A stretch of DNA of 64,000 bases from Mytilus edulis (lineage: Eukaryota): the NCBI RefSeq assembly GCF_963676685.1, contig NC_092353.1:28706001-28770000 (forward strand), read 5' to 3'. Positions 39,771 through 53,174 of the stretch are shown in pieces (the first letter of the stretch is position 1; each line of letters opens with the position of its first letter). The notes beneath the pieces were generated by a model. The model was given only the letters and a program-made list of their open reading frames with translations. It did not search any database and was not told the origin of the DNA. Both the position numbers and the translations under genes were made by a program.

Positions 39771-41327
39771 CAAGAAAACCAACGGAATAGTTTAGGATAA
39801 AATCTAACTGGTTGATAGGATAACTCACACATAAGTTGTTTGAAATAAGAAAAACCAACCGAAGGCATAAACCACACCGTGTAGATAACTACATACAGTT
39901 ATTACAACACTTCACTATATACCGATTAAGAAGACACAAAAGAGGTTATAAAAAAGACTGAATAAATCGCATGAATTTAAAAAAAGAACAACAAGGCAAT
40001 ATGTGTATGTCCAAACGATGATGCAAAGGCTTTGTATTTTTGAAAACGAGAAAACTATTCGAAATAACCACACTAACGATGATTTAAGTAATTTAAGGTT
40101 ACCATACCGCTATATTGACCGAACCCTATACCATACCGTATTTATAAGGCTTCAATATTACCAATGTGAAACAATTCAAACGAAAAAATGATCGGCCATA
40201 ATGTGAGACACATTATAAAGATAAAAACGCATTAAAAATATTGTCAACATGCGACTTCTCTTACTAACGAAACAATATATTTAGAAAAAAATTGAAAACA
40301 ATTATGTCACTTTCAAAAATTTTAAAGTCTACTCCAGATTTAATCAGTCCCAATGTTCATACATGGTCATGAGCTATTTACTAAGTTCTATATACCGAAA
40401 AAGACGGATAAGAAAGAAGGCAGTTCATCCTAAAACTAAACATATATGTAGGACAGGATGTCAGATACTAATACATTAATATATTATATCACTATATAGG
40501 TTATAATCGGCTGTTGACAAAGACTGGGTTTGATGTACTTTTATAGGAAAAATAGTCTTATATCGACCCATTCAAATACTATTATTGTTATATAAGCCCT
40601 GTCCATTTGCCAAAAATAGAACAAACATTCATTTGATTGGTGTTAACTATTAAAATTGTATGTAGGACAAAGATGAAATATACAAAAAGTATCATAGGTT
40701 GTACCATAGGTAAAATCACGAAAATACTGAACTCCGAGGGGAATTCAAAACGGAAAGTCCCTAATCAAAAGTCAAAATCAAAAGATCAAACAGATCAAAC
40801 GAATAGACAACAACTATCATATTCCTGACTTGGTACAGGCATTTTCTTGTGTAGAAAATGGTGGATTAAACCTGATTTTAAAGCGCAAAACCTCTATGTA
40901 AAAGAGAAGTGACCGAAACAAATAAAAAAACGACAACACACAAACAACAGTGCTCAAAACACAGCATAGAATCTAAAGACTGAAAATCAACAACCTAACC
41001 AAAAACTGGATGTGATCTTATGTGCTCCAGCAGGGTAGGCATAATCCGCTTCCCAAGTGGCACCCGTAAATGTTTGTCAACAAACCTAGAAAAAAACCTA
41101 CAAGGTTCGTAAAATATATTTTACAACAAACCATACAATTTATTTGTATAGTTGAGGTTATTGTCATTTCTAATAAATAACAAAAGTACAAAATGTTAAG
41201 GTACTTTTATTAAATATTTCTGTTGTTGTTTGTAAATAAACATAAACGTTAAAACAATACACATAAATGATGAGGATGAAATATATTGCACATGCCCTTG
41301 TACGTGACTTAATACTGTTCTTTCACT

Positions 41328-44014
41328 TTAGATAATTCTTTTTGGTGTAAATGTATCGTCACATCCAACCTTAACACAGCTACAGGCTGTTGGGATTTTC
41401 TCGGCATGGAGAGTTATTCTTCCATTGTCACTGGGGCATAACACTGCCATGGTTCTGGTGACGTAATTGGTTGGTCGGCAGTAATAATTCTTTTGTGGTG
41501 CATAATGAAATCTGCATTTTGTTGTTCTCTTATGACTGTAAAATTCAAAGTAAGAACAAACTAAATCAACAAAATAACGTCTTATTAAACATGATAATAT
41601 TTTGCCAGGAATAAGTTAAGTGAGATGCAGGTGATACTCCAATGATACAAATAACAAATGATACTGATACCAAATGATACCCATATTCAATGGTTTTTAC
41701 TCATTTACTTATTATCTTTTCCTTATTTTGTGGCTTATACTTTAGAAAAGACATCAACCAAACTCTAAACAATGCAAATTTTTCTTCTCTTTTTACTTTA
41801 TTTTTGGTTTATCATAGTGTTCATTTTTTATAACTAAATGATATATTTGAGATTAAAAGTTAACTCACCCAATACACTCCACTTTATCAATAGTTTGGAC
41901 TCCTTGGTCGCTTAAAACGACCTCACAAATTTCCTCGCCCAGTTTTTTACCAGTCATTATTTGGTTGATGGATCTATAAATATGGGTCACAGGCGTACGA
42001 ACTTCTCTGCACATAGGAAATTTAAGGATCTTTGCCATTTTCGTCATTCTGAAATAAAAACATGTAAATATTTATCTAATCCATTTTGTGACAATGTGAC
42101 CTTATTCTAATATAGTTGTTATCACGAAATAAAAAATATTTGAAGACATATTAACAGATGGTAAAGTTTAAATAACTGTGAAATGTTACTAGTAGTACTG
42201 CAAACAGTTGAAATAAGTGATTGTGTTTTTTTTCATATATTAAAATAATAATAATAAAAATTTAAAATTATAGAAAAGAAAATATTAGGTGGAATAATTA
42301 GAAGTAACATATTAGTTGGTCAGAGTAAAGTATCTTACGATATATGCCTTTTATTTGCTTTAATCTAAACCAATAAGTAAGTATTGATTGTTTAATTATT
42401 CATTTTGAACCAAATAGTATTTAATCGATATAAAAAATTAAAACTAGAATCATTATTATTTTTGCAATTGTCTAAATAAAAAAACAAAAATAAAAGAATC
42501 TGAGCTTTTTTTTGTGATTGTGAATATTTATTTCATACAAAAAAAACCAAACAGATAGCAAACATGGAAATGTGTTGATGTAAAGATTCGTATCAGCTCC
42601 AAATTAAACAAGAGATCAATAACAATTCATTTAGATGATTTAGGTTTAGAATGCACCAAAAAAAAGACATTTCTGAAGACAACATTATAAAGTCGTCATC
42701 GCTTCCTTTTTTCCATAATTTGCAAAAAAATATTTACCCAGTTCTTCTGATATCCTCTACTGCATTTTGTTTAGAGAAAACGTGTTTTGAGACACCATCG
42801 CATTCTTTGCTGTGTTTTAAGTAATTCACAAAACTTCCATCTGAGTCTGTCATTGCTTGACGGCTGTAAGAGAGAGTTTTATTTATATTTCATGAAAAAG
42901 TCAATCACATCTTTAATTTCAAGGCTGTTCAATAAGCTTTTACAGTATGAGATATAATATGATTTATTTAGTATAAAATGGAAACATAATTTGACTAATC
43001 TACTCATTTTTGTTTTTAAACATAATGACTGTTTTGCAATACAAAATTATGAAATATCGGATCTAGCGATCTGTATTTGTTTTTGTATTTAGTGAAGCAT
43101 GTGTGTGAATTCTGATCTTTGAACTTTACTATTTGCACTTTTTGTTGTAACATATTACCAACGTTTTAATGAACATTGGATAAACCTCAATGATTACCTC
43201 GATAATCTCATTTATTTTCTCAGAAGTGCTGCAATGAAATTTTTAATTATTGCATAATTTTGGTATCTATGGTAAGTTTATTTATTAATAACATTTCGTA
43301 TGATAAGAGTACTTACATGTTAAATCTAACGTAGTTTTCTGGAACCTTACTCTTATCACAAATCCATTCCTGTGGTGGTAGACATTGTCTATACAACAAG
43401 TCGTATTTCTGACAGAGCTGCCATTTCTTATCCTTATTCGGGAGAGCAGTAGCAAGTGTCACAGCTATGACAACAACATAAATTTGAAGTAGAACCTGAG
43501 AGAAAAATATTACGTGTTTTAAATGAATATCTTACAGCTGTCTTTGGTTTTATCTAATTAATGATAATTCATGGTCACAGGAATAATATGCGTAAAGATT
43601 ATCATGCATTACTTCTAATATTGTTTATATTTTCAAAACAGTTCTCTTACAAAATTTGTTTTTCAAAAAGAAAATTGAGTTTCTTAAGACTGTAATCTTG
43701 AATTAAAAAGTAGAAAAACTTTATAAATGTTGAAAGGTATTCACAAATGTTTATTAAATATAAGTTCTTCTTAAAAAATCTAAATAATCTTACTACTTGT
43801 AGACTTTCATATAGATTTCATTTAAATAAAGCAATACATTCATAATATTTCCCTTAGAAAGTAGCTGTATCCAAATAGGAAATTTGTTTTTCGTTTAACT
43901 GCGACCTTTTCTTTAGATTCAGACAAATTGGTCATATTTTAAAAGTTGTTCAAAAACGTTTACTCTTTATAAAAATTTCTTCTTGAATTAATTAAGATTT
44001 AGTCTTACCATCAT
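41328..44014 (-). CDS. Family A copy A3: secreted cystine-knot protein, about 232 aa
   Basis: Exons 44014-44009 (ATGATG|gtaag), 43495-43317, 42863-42738, 42048-41869, 41535-41328; frame intact; ends ...GCDDTFTPKRII*. Confidence 0.87.
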
Positions 44015-44427
44015 TAATTCTTGTTCTGAGTCAAGATTAAATCTGATTTCTGAACTAGAAAATATGGATATTTATATGAATAAACGAGGAAATTAACTTC
44101 TACGGTTTTGTAACATCGTTTTTTGATTCGTCCTTTTATTTGTACGTTATACACTGATGTATTACTTAAAAGTCTTAAGGCTATGTTAACAAAATAAAAG
44201 TTACGTCACAACAATGATTATCATATAAATTTTTTGACAACATTCGAATTGCAAACTAATCTTTTGTTTTCAACTAAAGTGCATGTTTATGGTTTTGACT
44301 CTTTGACGTAATAGTGTCATATGAGCTGCGATTGGCTCTTAAATTCTTTTCCTCATTGCATTAAAATGTATAAAAGAAACAAAATTATGAGTTATTCATA
44401 ATATACAGTTGTTCTAACGATTTAAAC
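44015..44427. promoter_or_regulatory. Bidirectional promoter A3/B3
   Basis: Same layout: TTACGTCA 44201-44208, TGACGTAA 44304-44311, ATTGG 44331-44335, TATAAAAG 44369-44376. Confidence 0.75.
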
Positions 44428-46851
44428 ATGGTAAGAAAAAACTATCATTCACTTATCATATCTTAGTTCAGTAAAACTGCACAAATGATGAAAATTAATT
44501 GAATTGAAATCAATTTTTGATGATTAGTAATATATAAATATAGTATAAATATCTAGTTATTTTAAAATATAATGACTTTAAATCCGAAGGTTTTACCCAC
44601 AAATATAGTCAAATTGTTGTTACTATAATTCTAAACATTTCTTTTATCTAGATGCATATTTTTGTTGTTTGGTTTGCGGTATTGGGAATATCTTGCGCTT
44701 ACAAATGTATGGATCCTCCAGAAATGCATTGGCCTGATAGGGTCAGAATATGTGATGGAAATTTTAAAAATAATCTTGGATGTGATGATAAAAGATTTCC
44801 GTATAACCAGTAAGTACATTCTTTAACCAGTTTTGTTCTGGCGAGTTCTAAACATCTTTCTAAATCATAAATTGTTCCTGATTGAATTTCTAATTGAGAT
44901 ATTAAGAAATCGGTCATTTTGTTATTCAACTTTTTTCTTGCTAATTGTCAACTGGCATTTTATATGTGTTTCAATCGATGATTGAGCATTACATGTTATA
45001 CACGTACTTGTCAAGATTAAGGATATTCTCAAACAATTACACGACGAGAATTTCTTATGGAAGAGAAGTTCTAGGAAATATTATTATAGACATATTAACA
45101 TATAGATAATAGTTCTTTACTGATCTATGGCATCTATGTTGTTATTTACACACCGAATAATTTTATTGAAATTACATTTTAACACACCGGCCTCTGTGAT
45201 TGTAAAGTAAGCAGCGCACTCCAGAGAACAGATTTATTAAAGATTGTTTGACCCATATTCTATTGAGCATACGTTACCCATACAAAAATCTAGAACATTA
45301 AATTTGTAATTATATAATTATTTTTCACCTATAGATGCTAATTTGTGTGTAATTTCTCTTTAAAGAGTTTTCTTTTTTGCAATCACACCACGACTTCATT
45401 TTCATATTTCAAATTACTAGTGTACTATACTTTGATGAATATTGTAATAAGTAAAATGTATACCTTTTTTCATAGTATTGTAATTTTTATTTCAGTGATC
45501 ATATAGAAAGCGCCCTTCAAGCTGACAGAGATCTCCTATCCTTCGTTGAAGATTCATGTAAAATATACTCTCCAGAACTTCCCCTTGAATATGAGTAAGT
45601 TTATCTATAAATTAGAAAATAATTGTTATTACCTCCGTCACTATCGGGGGGGGGGGGGATAAACACTTTTCTAAACGGGTATGTTTGAGTAGACACTGGA
45701 TGTATTTATAACTATCTGGTTGTCTTTTAATTACATTTTAAAAAAAAGTTAAAGCTTCAATTCTATTTAATGTGTCATTGCATCAATTCAAAACATCAAT
45801 CATCAATGTGTTATTAGAAATCAGTCCAAGTATTCATCCACGATGTGTTGTTACACCAAAGTCCGAATATTCAACAACTTAATGTTATTACAAAAGGTCC
45901 GAATATTTGATCACATTGTGTCATAACATTAACCGTAATATGTTTAATGCAGCAAGGTAACTATTATTGCTACGAATCTACATTGCAGTCTATTCTTTTA
46001 CTTTAAATAAAATTTATATAATTGTCCACCTTTGTTTAAAGGCAATGTCCAATTGATGGCGGAGATCTTGGAAAAACATTAGGGAGATGTGAGAAGGTTT
46101 GTGATGGTGAATATGTTAATGTTACAGCTGTAAATGTGCAAATGGTAGACGATAGAACTAAAGTGTCACGTTGGAGCAAGTGTTATGTTATACGTCCATG
46201 GGAACAGAAAGTTTACTACATGAACTGCAAGTAAGTAGTTATAGTCCACACAGCTGTTTTCTTTCTCTTGTGTTTTTTTATTTTTTTTATTTTTTTTTAA
46301 ATCATTATCAACAATGTAGTAGTGGTAGTGAAAATAAAACAACTCTCCATTCAAGTCACAATTTATAAAAGTCAACCAATATATGTTAAAGTATGGTATC
46401 GAACACAGAGCCGTAGCTCACACCGAACAGCTAGTGTACAATTTCTAATACTTTTTTTATAAACCTTTATCCAAATTTACTTTTCAAATTACCTTATTGG
46501 CAAATGAAGAGATTCAGGCTCATCTTTTTAAATTATTTTGTATGTGTGATCAAAATTGATGATTATAAGCTTGCTTATTTAAATACAACAATAAAACATT
46601 GTTTTTTATTTTATTTCAGAAGTGAGCAACCTACTTTTACTACTTCTTTGAGCAGTTCATTTAAGTGTGTTCCAGACAACTTTATCAGACGTAGGGTTGC
46701 CGTATTCTGTCCAGAATTTAAAGAGCACCAATGTCAAAAGGTGGACATTGAATTACCCACTAACTGTGCTGCAAGCCGATTTGAATGTGTCAAACCAAGG
46801 GAAACAAGGAAGCAACAAGTAGACAGCTTTTTCGATTCATTGTTTTTGTAG
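44428..46851 (+). CDS. Family B copy B3: secreted Spaetzle-like protein lacking Cys III/VI, 226 aa
   Basis: Exons 44428-44430, 44652-44809, 45496-45594, 46042-46230, 46620-46851; 681 nt intact. Confidence 0.87.
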
Positions 46852-48059
46852 ATTTAAAAACAAACTATCCACACGGTGTGCTGTGGGTCAAATTTAATGT
46901 TATCAGCGAAAGCAACAGGGTCAGGAAGAAGTAGATAACATGCTTTAAATTTTGAACCTCACAGATTTGGAAAGTTTTGATTTCCTTTTATAAATCCATG
47001 CAGACTGTGATATTATGTTTTTGTTTGTAATATTGTTCATTTCATCATCAACTATGCCATGTTCTTGTAATAGTGACTTATGTGTAAATAAAACACCAAT
47101 TTTATTTATACGAGACTTGTAATTTTTTTCGTGTAGAATAGTTAATAATTGACATTAGTTAAGGATAATTTAGTACTAATCAAGACCCTATTTGTCATCA
47201 GTTTATTGAATTTTCCATTGCAAAATAGATAGCATGTCTTGTGGGAGGGTTAGCTGTTAAACCAGGTTGAACCCTATATTTTATCTTAAAATGTCCTGTA
47301 CCAAGTCAGGAATATGGCATTTATTATCAAATATAAAAGATGTGGTTTGATTGCCAATGAGACAACTCTCCACAAGAGACCAAGATGACACAGAAATTAA
47401 CAACTATAGGTCACCGTACAGCCATTAACACTCAACAAAGCCCGTAGGTCGTTTTATGTGTGTTTGCGTTTGTTTTTGTTACACTTCGGTGTTCCTTTGT
47501 TTTCCTGTTATAATTTGTGAGTTTCCCTCAGTTTTAGTTTGTAACCCGGTTGCGTTTTTCTCAATCGTTTTATTACTTGTTAACATCGATTTACTAATGT
47601 TGCCTTTATTTATACAACAACTTTACAAATACAATACAAAATTGCAATCCAGGTATCTATGATGAGTTTATTTACAATTGCTCGTTAACTCACTGCCTAT
47701 AACTGGTGGCACTTGATCAAACTCTAGGTAATCGATGACACATGAAGACACGGCATACAACTGATGGCACTTAAATACACTGCCTGCTACTGATGACAAG
47801 TGGACAAAACTCTCTTGATCGGATGGTAAATGAACACACTACCAAAAACTAAAATCACACAAACACACCCCTTTTATACCGAAGACATATCAACACAATG
47901 CCGAATACTGCAGGCATATATAAACTCACTGCTTTATACTAATAGCACATGAATTACTGTCGAAGACTGGTTGCATGTTAACAAACATTTAATGACTATT
48001 AGCACGTGAATACACTTTTTATAACTTATGTCATGTGGATACAATACCTATTGAATAGT

Positions 48060-48500
48060 TTATGCGCCTCTTCATGTCGACCTCTTCTTATTTTCATATG
48101 AGTCCATCTGCCACTTGTGAAAAACATGAAAATCTAAGAAATCCGATCATTTTATTTCACTTTTAGATATATTGATGATGTTCTTTTCATTAACAATGCA
48201 AATTTTTCATTGGTCTTTTGATGGTGTTCCTATAATATGTCCTCCAGAACTAGTAATACATATTTTAGACTTATATATCAAATTGACATAAGCGGTCATC
48301 TCACAACGAGAGTCTATGACAAGCGAGATGATTTTACTTTTGAAATTATAAATTGTTCCCACTTAAGCAGCAATACATGAACGTCACATGCATATGGGAT
48401 ATACATTTCTCAACTCATATGGCATTTAAAAGCTTGCAGCTGCTAGTCAAAAATAATAAAACCAGTGTCTTAAGCCAAGGATATGTCAAAGAACGTCTCG
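48060..48500 (+). mobile_element. Penelope-like RT remnant (duplicated at about 61055-61500)
   Basis: Translates to APLxVDLFLFSYE...FxFTFRYIDDVLxINN...LDLY...VYDKR; carried in the duplicated B3/B4 downstream flank. Confidence 0.7.
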
Positions 48501-51500
48501 TCCTTTTTATATATAAAAAAACATCGTTTATAATACATAAAACGTTGATCGGTTCTTATACATCCCGCCATTGTGTTATTGTGCGAAGGTCAACTGTGAG
48601 TTTTTGTCTTTCCTTTTTGCCTATGTACTGTGTTTAATAGTATAAGCGTTTTTGAGTTTCTTATTTGAAACATTATTGTGTTTTTTAGTGATTAAGATTG
48701 TATGAAAAATTTAACTGATGTACGCAAATGTTTAACGTTGTTATCTATTATCATGATTATGTCTGTGTACTTTGCTCAAACATGGTTGTCAATATAAAGG
48801 AAGTGAAAGGTTTAGCTAGCTACCAAACCAGGTTTAATCCATAACTTTCTACATAAGGAAATGCTTTCACCAAGACAAGAATATGACAATTGTTTTCCAT
48901 TCGTTAGATGTGTTTGAGCATTTAATGTTGCCTTAAAGGACTTTCAATTTTAAATTTCCCTTGCAGTTCAGTGTTTATTGTTTTTTTTTAAATTAGTGAA
49001 ATGGAGTTGAATACAATGCCCACTTCTTATACTTCATTTTATAATTGGTATATAGATGGATTGTAAGGCCTTTTGTAACATAGACCTTAACTTTCTGCCT
49101 ATTGCCGATGTAACGCGAAGACTTTTCGTATTACAAATGGCATATGGGTAGGAAATAAATCCTACAATTATCAGGCAAATTTGACCTTAGATGGATTTGG
49201 TTATATTTTAGGTTCCTTTTTAGTCATGTAGCTCTAATAAATCATTTGCATTCTAAGACTAAGAATAACAGGATAGTCATTCATACTATCTACTGTCACA
49301 AAATGAAATGATTTAAATCCACTACAAAAACCCTCGAACCATCCCACAATTCAAACGGAAATAAAGTGTGGACAATTTTAGACCTCAAACATGTTGTAGC
49401 CAAGCGTACATAAAATGTAATGCACTGCATACAAGGCTTAGGCACCAAAATTGACCAAAGCGATTGCCTAATTGGTAACCTACATTCGAAGTATGTAGTG
49501 AGTAATGCTAAATACTCCCGTGTCTTTCCTTTTGAATATGACATATATCACTTGCTTGAATGACAACTATTTTACGACAAAATAATATCTCTGGTTGAAA
49601 ATCTTATAGATATAAAAATACACATTGATGTTGAAACGCAATTGTTTGGAAAAGAGGAACATAATTACGAAATTCAACTTTGAAAAACGATAGGTAACGT
49701 TGAAGATAAAATAAAACATGTGTAAGCCAGTCGCATTTATGAGCCTCACTCAAATCAGAACTTTTGACATTTGCTAGTTTTTTTTTGTTTATTTGTACAT
49801 TTATATGAATCGGAGTTTAGTGTGACGTTTTATTTCGCTGAACTAGTACACATAATTGTTAAGGGGCCAGCTGAAGCCTGTCTCCGGACGGGAGTTTTTC
49901 GTGCTGTGTTGAGGACCCATTGGAGACCTTTGGTGGCTCAGTGGTCAGATTCTTGATTATGAACTAACAAAGTTTGATTTTAAAAGCGAAATTTCAAACA
50001 AAAGATCAAATAAATACGACAATTATATTTTCCATAATTCATTCAGTACGCTTTTCACAATACATACCTACTTAACCGCAACTGTTGAACAATATGTTAT
50101 GATAAGTTATATTTTGTTTCCATCTTTGTTTGTTCGAAGAGTAAACTGCACTATTTATAAAATAAGAAAATTTTGTATAATTGCAAATGAGACAACTCTC
50201 AACAAGAAACCAAAATGACACAAACATTCAGAGCTATAGGTCACCGTGCGCTCTTCAACAACATACAAAGCTCATACCACATACTCAGCTATAAAAGAGC
50301 CCGAAATCCCAAAACAATTAAACAAGAAAAACAAGGCCTAATTAATGTAAAAAAAATTAACGAAAAAATCAGTTGAAAAAGGTTAACTCATCAGATGGAT
50401 ACAAACACAAATACATAAAACAAAAACGAAGAGTGGACGTAGATGAGTACTGGTACATCTCAACAACAACAAGACATTGACTACTAATGAAAATAAAAAA
50501 AAAGACTAAGACTAAATAGTATATTATTAACATGAAGACTGCCATGATTTGAATATCATAAAATATCATATTGTCATATTCCTGACTTGGTACTGACATT
50601 TCCTTATGTTTAAAATGGCTAATCAAACCTGGTTTTATAGCTAGCTAAACTTCTTACTTGTATGAAAACGGTACAACAAGGACGGTCTGGATCGGATTAA
50701 CAGAATAGAGATAATGAGCACAAAATGAAGAATTAGTTTATCAGAAATAAAGAAGAGAGCAAATCGGGCAAAACAAATAACAAATAAAGACTAAATGGGG
50801 TGCAGAAATATAAGCTGCGATCAACATGCAAGGTTTTATTTGTTCACAAGGTGTAATAAGTGTAATTGTATGCACTACTGTTCTGCATTAAATTATTATT
50901 AAAGCGGTAATCTCTTAATTTTACTGTTCTTTAGATTAACTGTTCTTTACATGTAAAGTACTCACAAATGCTACTAGGCTGAAAATTGTGAACGCCTTCA
51001 TAAAACAATATATGCCCGAGCGAGAAAACCGTAAAAATTTGAAAACAACATTTTATAAAATAGTGGATTCACAGAAAATAAAAATATTAATGATTTTACA
51101 TGTCAACAACTGTGTTCTGAATATGTTAATTCATTCGGGAATGAATTGCTCACATGTAGTGGCATAAAATAATCGAAACAAGCAACCACATTTTTGATTC
51201 TCTTATCAGTGTTTTTTTATCCTCAATATTTCGAAGATAAAAATAAACCAACACTGCTTTTCTGGGTAATGGTTCTTTTCAAATGGGTGTTTTATAACTT
51301 GGGCGGGTGTAGTCAATACTAAAACTACAACATAACATCTTTACATAGAATTAATAATGACATTTTGACGATGTCCGTTTAATAAATGTCCGTAATAGAT
51401 AGTTATGTTTTATTGCAAGTATCACACAGTCTGAAGAATATGATGAGTGCATTGACACCAATGACCTAGTATGGAGAGGTATATATATATATATATATAT

Positions 51501-53174
51501 GGTATATATCGTTGGTAAATTGTATAATCACGGTCAGTAAACTGTATAGAGGTGTAATATATAACATTGTCATCAAATATACAGTTTTAATATTGAACCT
51601 GTGCAGACCTAGTTAAAAGGGTTAATATGATTTCAAGGATGTGAAAACAAACACACAGAAAAAAAACCCCAAACACAATGGCATAGAGAAAGTTGAAGAA
51701 ACATATAAAAAGAAAAATATGGAAGTACAACAATAGACAAATACAACTCATAAGGTACTACATCTATCGAAGCACATAAGTTAATTCCAAGTTTTTGGTT
51801 GTGTTCGTGTTACGTATTAACGAGATATAGACTCCATATAGGACAAGTGTCAGAGACGAAATTATGATAAATTGTATGTTGTACAGACGTGTTAGAAACT
51901 AATATTATAATAGATTATATGTAGGACAGAATTGTCAAATGATATTATTATAATAGATAGTATTTAGGAAAACCGTGTCATATACTATTATTATAAGGCT
52001 ATTGCATAGGTATTGGTATATCGAATATATTCCTATATTAAATGAGTTGATGAGTTCAATATTTAGTCTATGAAATTCACGAAAAAGTTAAGATATAAAG
52101 TTTAAATCAAATAAAAAAGCTTCGAAAACTATTTGAAACCTATTGATGATGTCGACGATTTGAACCTATATTTGTCTATTGCTATATCAAAGACTTTTGC
52201 ACTCTTAATTTGTGTTAAGTGTTGTATAAAACAATTTTTATGCTATAACAGAACATATAGTTATATTCTTTCTATGTGGTCGATACGATGATAATTGACC
52301 TAACAAAATAAAAATTGACAGAGGATGAAGTCCGGGATCGATGTCAACTTTAAGGTTGATATATTGTAGAATCTAATAAACTGATCACAGATACAAGGAA
52401 TGAAATTTTGTATTTGCGACAGACGCGCGTTTCGTGTACAAAAGACCCATCAGACACGCTTAACTATAAGAAAGTTAGAAAGGCTAAATAGAGTACGAAG
52501 TGGTAGAGCAGTGAGAGCCAAATATTCCTAAAAGTTTTGCAAACCAAAGCTTAGGTAAAATATTTGAGAGGTAGAATTGCCTAAGTATTTAAACTCATGG
52601 TAGGGCTACAAATATTAAATAATCACTGTCAATATGTCAACAATAGAAAAAAAAGGTAGGTTGATTCTATCATAATCTTTTAGGACAGAGGTGTACGATA
52701 CTTGTAGTTAAATAGGTTGTATGTAAAAGAGAGACGACAGATACCAAAGAACTATTCAGAAGTCGAAAACATTGTCAAATTGACAATGTCATTACTACCA
52801 ATGAAAAAAGACGAATGAACTAACAACAATGAAACTATAGACTAGAATCACAAACCCCATCAAACATATGGGGATCTTAGGTGCTTCAGAAGTATAGACT
52901 TGTTCTGCTCCACATAGGACAACCGCTAATATTAGTTAATGTTGATAAAATCTTCAATCTATTTTACTACATCATTATGTAATTCTTCAGAATAGTTAGG
53001 GTTGTTGTCATTCATAATAACAATTGAAGTACATATTTAAAATCTAGTTTTTATTTAATACTTCTTTTGTAGTTTATAAATAGAAATGAACATTAAAAAG
53101 ACAATACACATAAATGATGAAGGTGAAATATATTGCACATGCCCTTGTAAGTGACTTGATAATGTTCCTTCACT

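Larger units (their letters stand above)
43300..49450. repeat. Segmental duplication paralogous to about 55690-63090
   Basis: Collinear similarity across the A 5' end, promoter, whole B gene and about 2.5 kb of downstream flank. Confidence 0.8.
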
